From a virus (lineage: Duplodnaviria > Caudoviricetes): a DNA stretch of 64,000 nt. Below, piece after piece: positions 62,597 to 64,000 of this stretch. The notes under the pieces were generated by a model. It had not been told where the DNA came from, did no database searches, and saw nothing but the letters and a program-made list of their open reading frames with translations. The number at the start of each line of letters is the position of its first letter. Position 1 is the stretch's first letter. The position numbers were made by a program, and so were the translations under genes. The DNA lies in the IMG/VR virus record IMGVR_UViG_3300021979_000003, positions 1 to 64,000 of that record; one strand, given 5' to 3'.

Positions 62597-64000
62597 TCCT
62601 CATCGTCGCCGCTTATAAATCCTCGTAGTCTGGCAAGCTTATTGCTTCCCATTCCTGCTGCAAGTTCGTTAGGTAGTTTAGCACCTGTCTCGATATCAAC
62701 AGCTTCGTATTCTTCATCGTCGGCGTTTAACGCATTTTGTATTTCGTTATATTGTTTCTCAGTCCCACTCATCTGAGTTTTAGACGAGTTTGAACTACTC
62801 ATGTATGTATTTATGTTCGCTAAGAAATCTGGGTCATCCTTAATCCTCATACACTCACTGAGGAACTTCAATCGTACACGTCTTCCTGTACCACTACTGT
62901 TACGTGTTTTAAGTACTTGAAGCTCATAAGCACCTTTCTCTCGCATTGCATCAGTTACAATAATACCTAGTACCAAGTCTGCGGTATTGATCTTTGAGAT
63001 ACCACCAGCAATATGACTATGATCAAGGTCATCGTTACCAACTGCGGTACGGTTAAGCTGTGATGCAGTTAAACACAATATATTAAATTCTTGCATCATA
63101 TTACGTAGTTCTTCACTCACGGCTTTATCTTTTCCAAAGGTGTCACCAACTGATACTTTCTGTGCTGGCGATAACAGGTCCAAATAGTCAATAGCAATAA
63201 CGTCTGGTTTAATACCTTTTGTTTGAATATAATCTTTAATGTAAGCCTTCACTTCCGTTGTTGGTGTGCCACTAGGCATGAACTTGATATTCATTTGACC
63301 GCCATATTTCTCACCAGCATTGCGAATTGCCATGTCAACCGAATCTAGGTTGTCATATAGACTACTGGTTGTTTTCTCAAGATACATAGCGTCCATACGT
63401 CTCGCACACAATTCAGGGTGTAGCTCCAACGTGATATAAAGAACGTTCTTACCTAGCTTCCAGTGATCAATACAATTGTTCTGAAGCATTAGTGACTTAC
63501 CAGTACCAGAGCCACCAGCATAGATAACAAGATCGCCATAGTTGAGCTTACCAACAACTCTATCTAGAGCATCAAAGCATGTGGTGATATTACCACTTCT
63601 ATCAAGAATATTTTGTAGGCGCTGCTTCACGTTCTCGTGATATGGTAAGCCATGGTCTTCAATCAATCGTGTCTGCATAGCTTCTTTAATAAGGTTCTCG
63701 ATTGCACCATAGTCTTCGGAGCCTAGATACTCGGAGCTTTTCACAACTGCATTCTCCAAAGCCTTGTGTAGACAAAACTTTGGGTATTCTTCCATAAACC
63801 ATTTTTCAATAGCAAAATCTGTTTTTGATGGAACTTTTATTTCAATACCCGTTTTGGATTTCAAATACTCTGGGTCAGGCAGTCCACTATACTTGTCGCT
63901 ATAGTCAATGATTTCATTTACAGCTTTTCTAATTCTTGGATCAAAATGTTCTGGTTTGGTGACACTTCTTACACGAGTGAAAATATCACTATTAGAAAGT
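62581..64000 (-). CDS. 41: T4 gp41-like replicative DNA helicase (5' end outside window)
   Basis: Walker A GGSGTGKS, YITLE, IAIDYLDL, TASQLNR, IAGGISKINTAD, KTR; frame open to position 64000. Confidence 0.95.
   Translation of the reverse strand, partial: LSNSDIFTRVRSVTKPEHFDPRIRKAVNEIIDYSDKYSGLPDPEYLKSKTGIEIKVPSKTDFAIEKWFMEEYPKFCLHKALENAVVKSSEYLGSEDYGAIENLIKEAMQTRLIEDHGLPYHENVKQRLQNILDRSGNITTCFDALDRVVGKLNYGDLVIYAGGSGTGKSLMLQNNCIDHWKLGKNVLYITLELHPELCARRMDAMYLEKTTSSLYDNLDSVDMAIRNAGEKYGGQMNIKFMPSGTPTTEVKAYIKDYIQTKGIKPDVIAIDYLDLLSPAQKVSVGDTFGKDKAVSEELRNMMQEFNILCLTASQLNRTAVGNDDLDHSHIAGGISKINTADLVLGIIVTDAMREKGAYELQVLKTRNSSGTGRRVRLKFLSECMRIKDDPDFLANINTYMSSSNSSKTQMSGTEKQYNEIQNALNADDEEYEAVDIETGAKLPNELAAGMGSNKLARLRGFISGDDEDWEET

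Noticed and set aside
62581-64000. Intein or intron in the helicase
   Set aside because: Visible part is colinear with gp41 motifs; no insertion or homing endonuclease motif

Overview
A 64-kb, AT-rich, densely coding segment of a large lytic T4-related (jumbo-type) myovirus genome. No bacterial housekeeping operons, rRNA, CRISPR array or integrase are visible. Recognisable core markers are a T4 gp41-type replicative helicase (cut by the right edge), virion structural genes, an M15 peptidase (probable endolysin) and T4-like late promoters (ATAAATA/TATAAATA). ArfA and a YadA-anchor protein suggest a Gram-negative, probably gammaproteobacterial host (inference). The window is mostly accessory. 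It holds 6 canonical tRNAs (Ala, Glu, Ser, Val, Cys, Trp), 3 non-canonical tRNA-like RNAs, and two promoter-and-terminator-bounded ORF-free units (a ~110-nt hairpin and a ~255-nt multi-helix RNA with likely pseudoknots). It also encodes a translation/RNA-rescue kit (ArfA with an in-gene hairpin, Pth2, Thg1-like, SpoT-type HD, cyclic-phosphate receiver, RING/TROVE-like/TerD protein) and anti-defence-type enzymes (Acb1, NADAR-like, Nudix). A NadM-Nudix and a HAD protein have both lost their catalytic motifs. Two paralogue families stand out: 14 small proteins sharing a C-terminal F-x(7-9)-KLx(Y/H/N)P motif, and about 8-11 late-promoter proteins sharing an N-terminal M(K/R/N)Ix(D/E)(L/I)..E tag, several of them ADP-ribosyltransferase-like. 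All family assignments are from motif recognition by eye; no database search or folding program was run.
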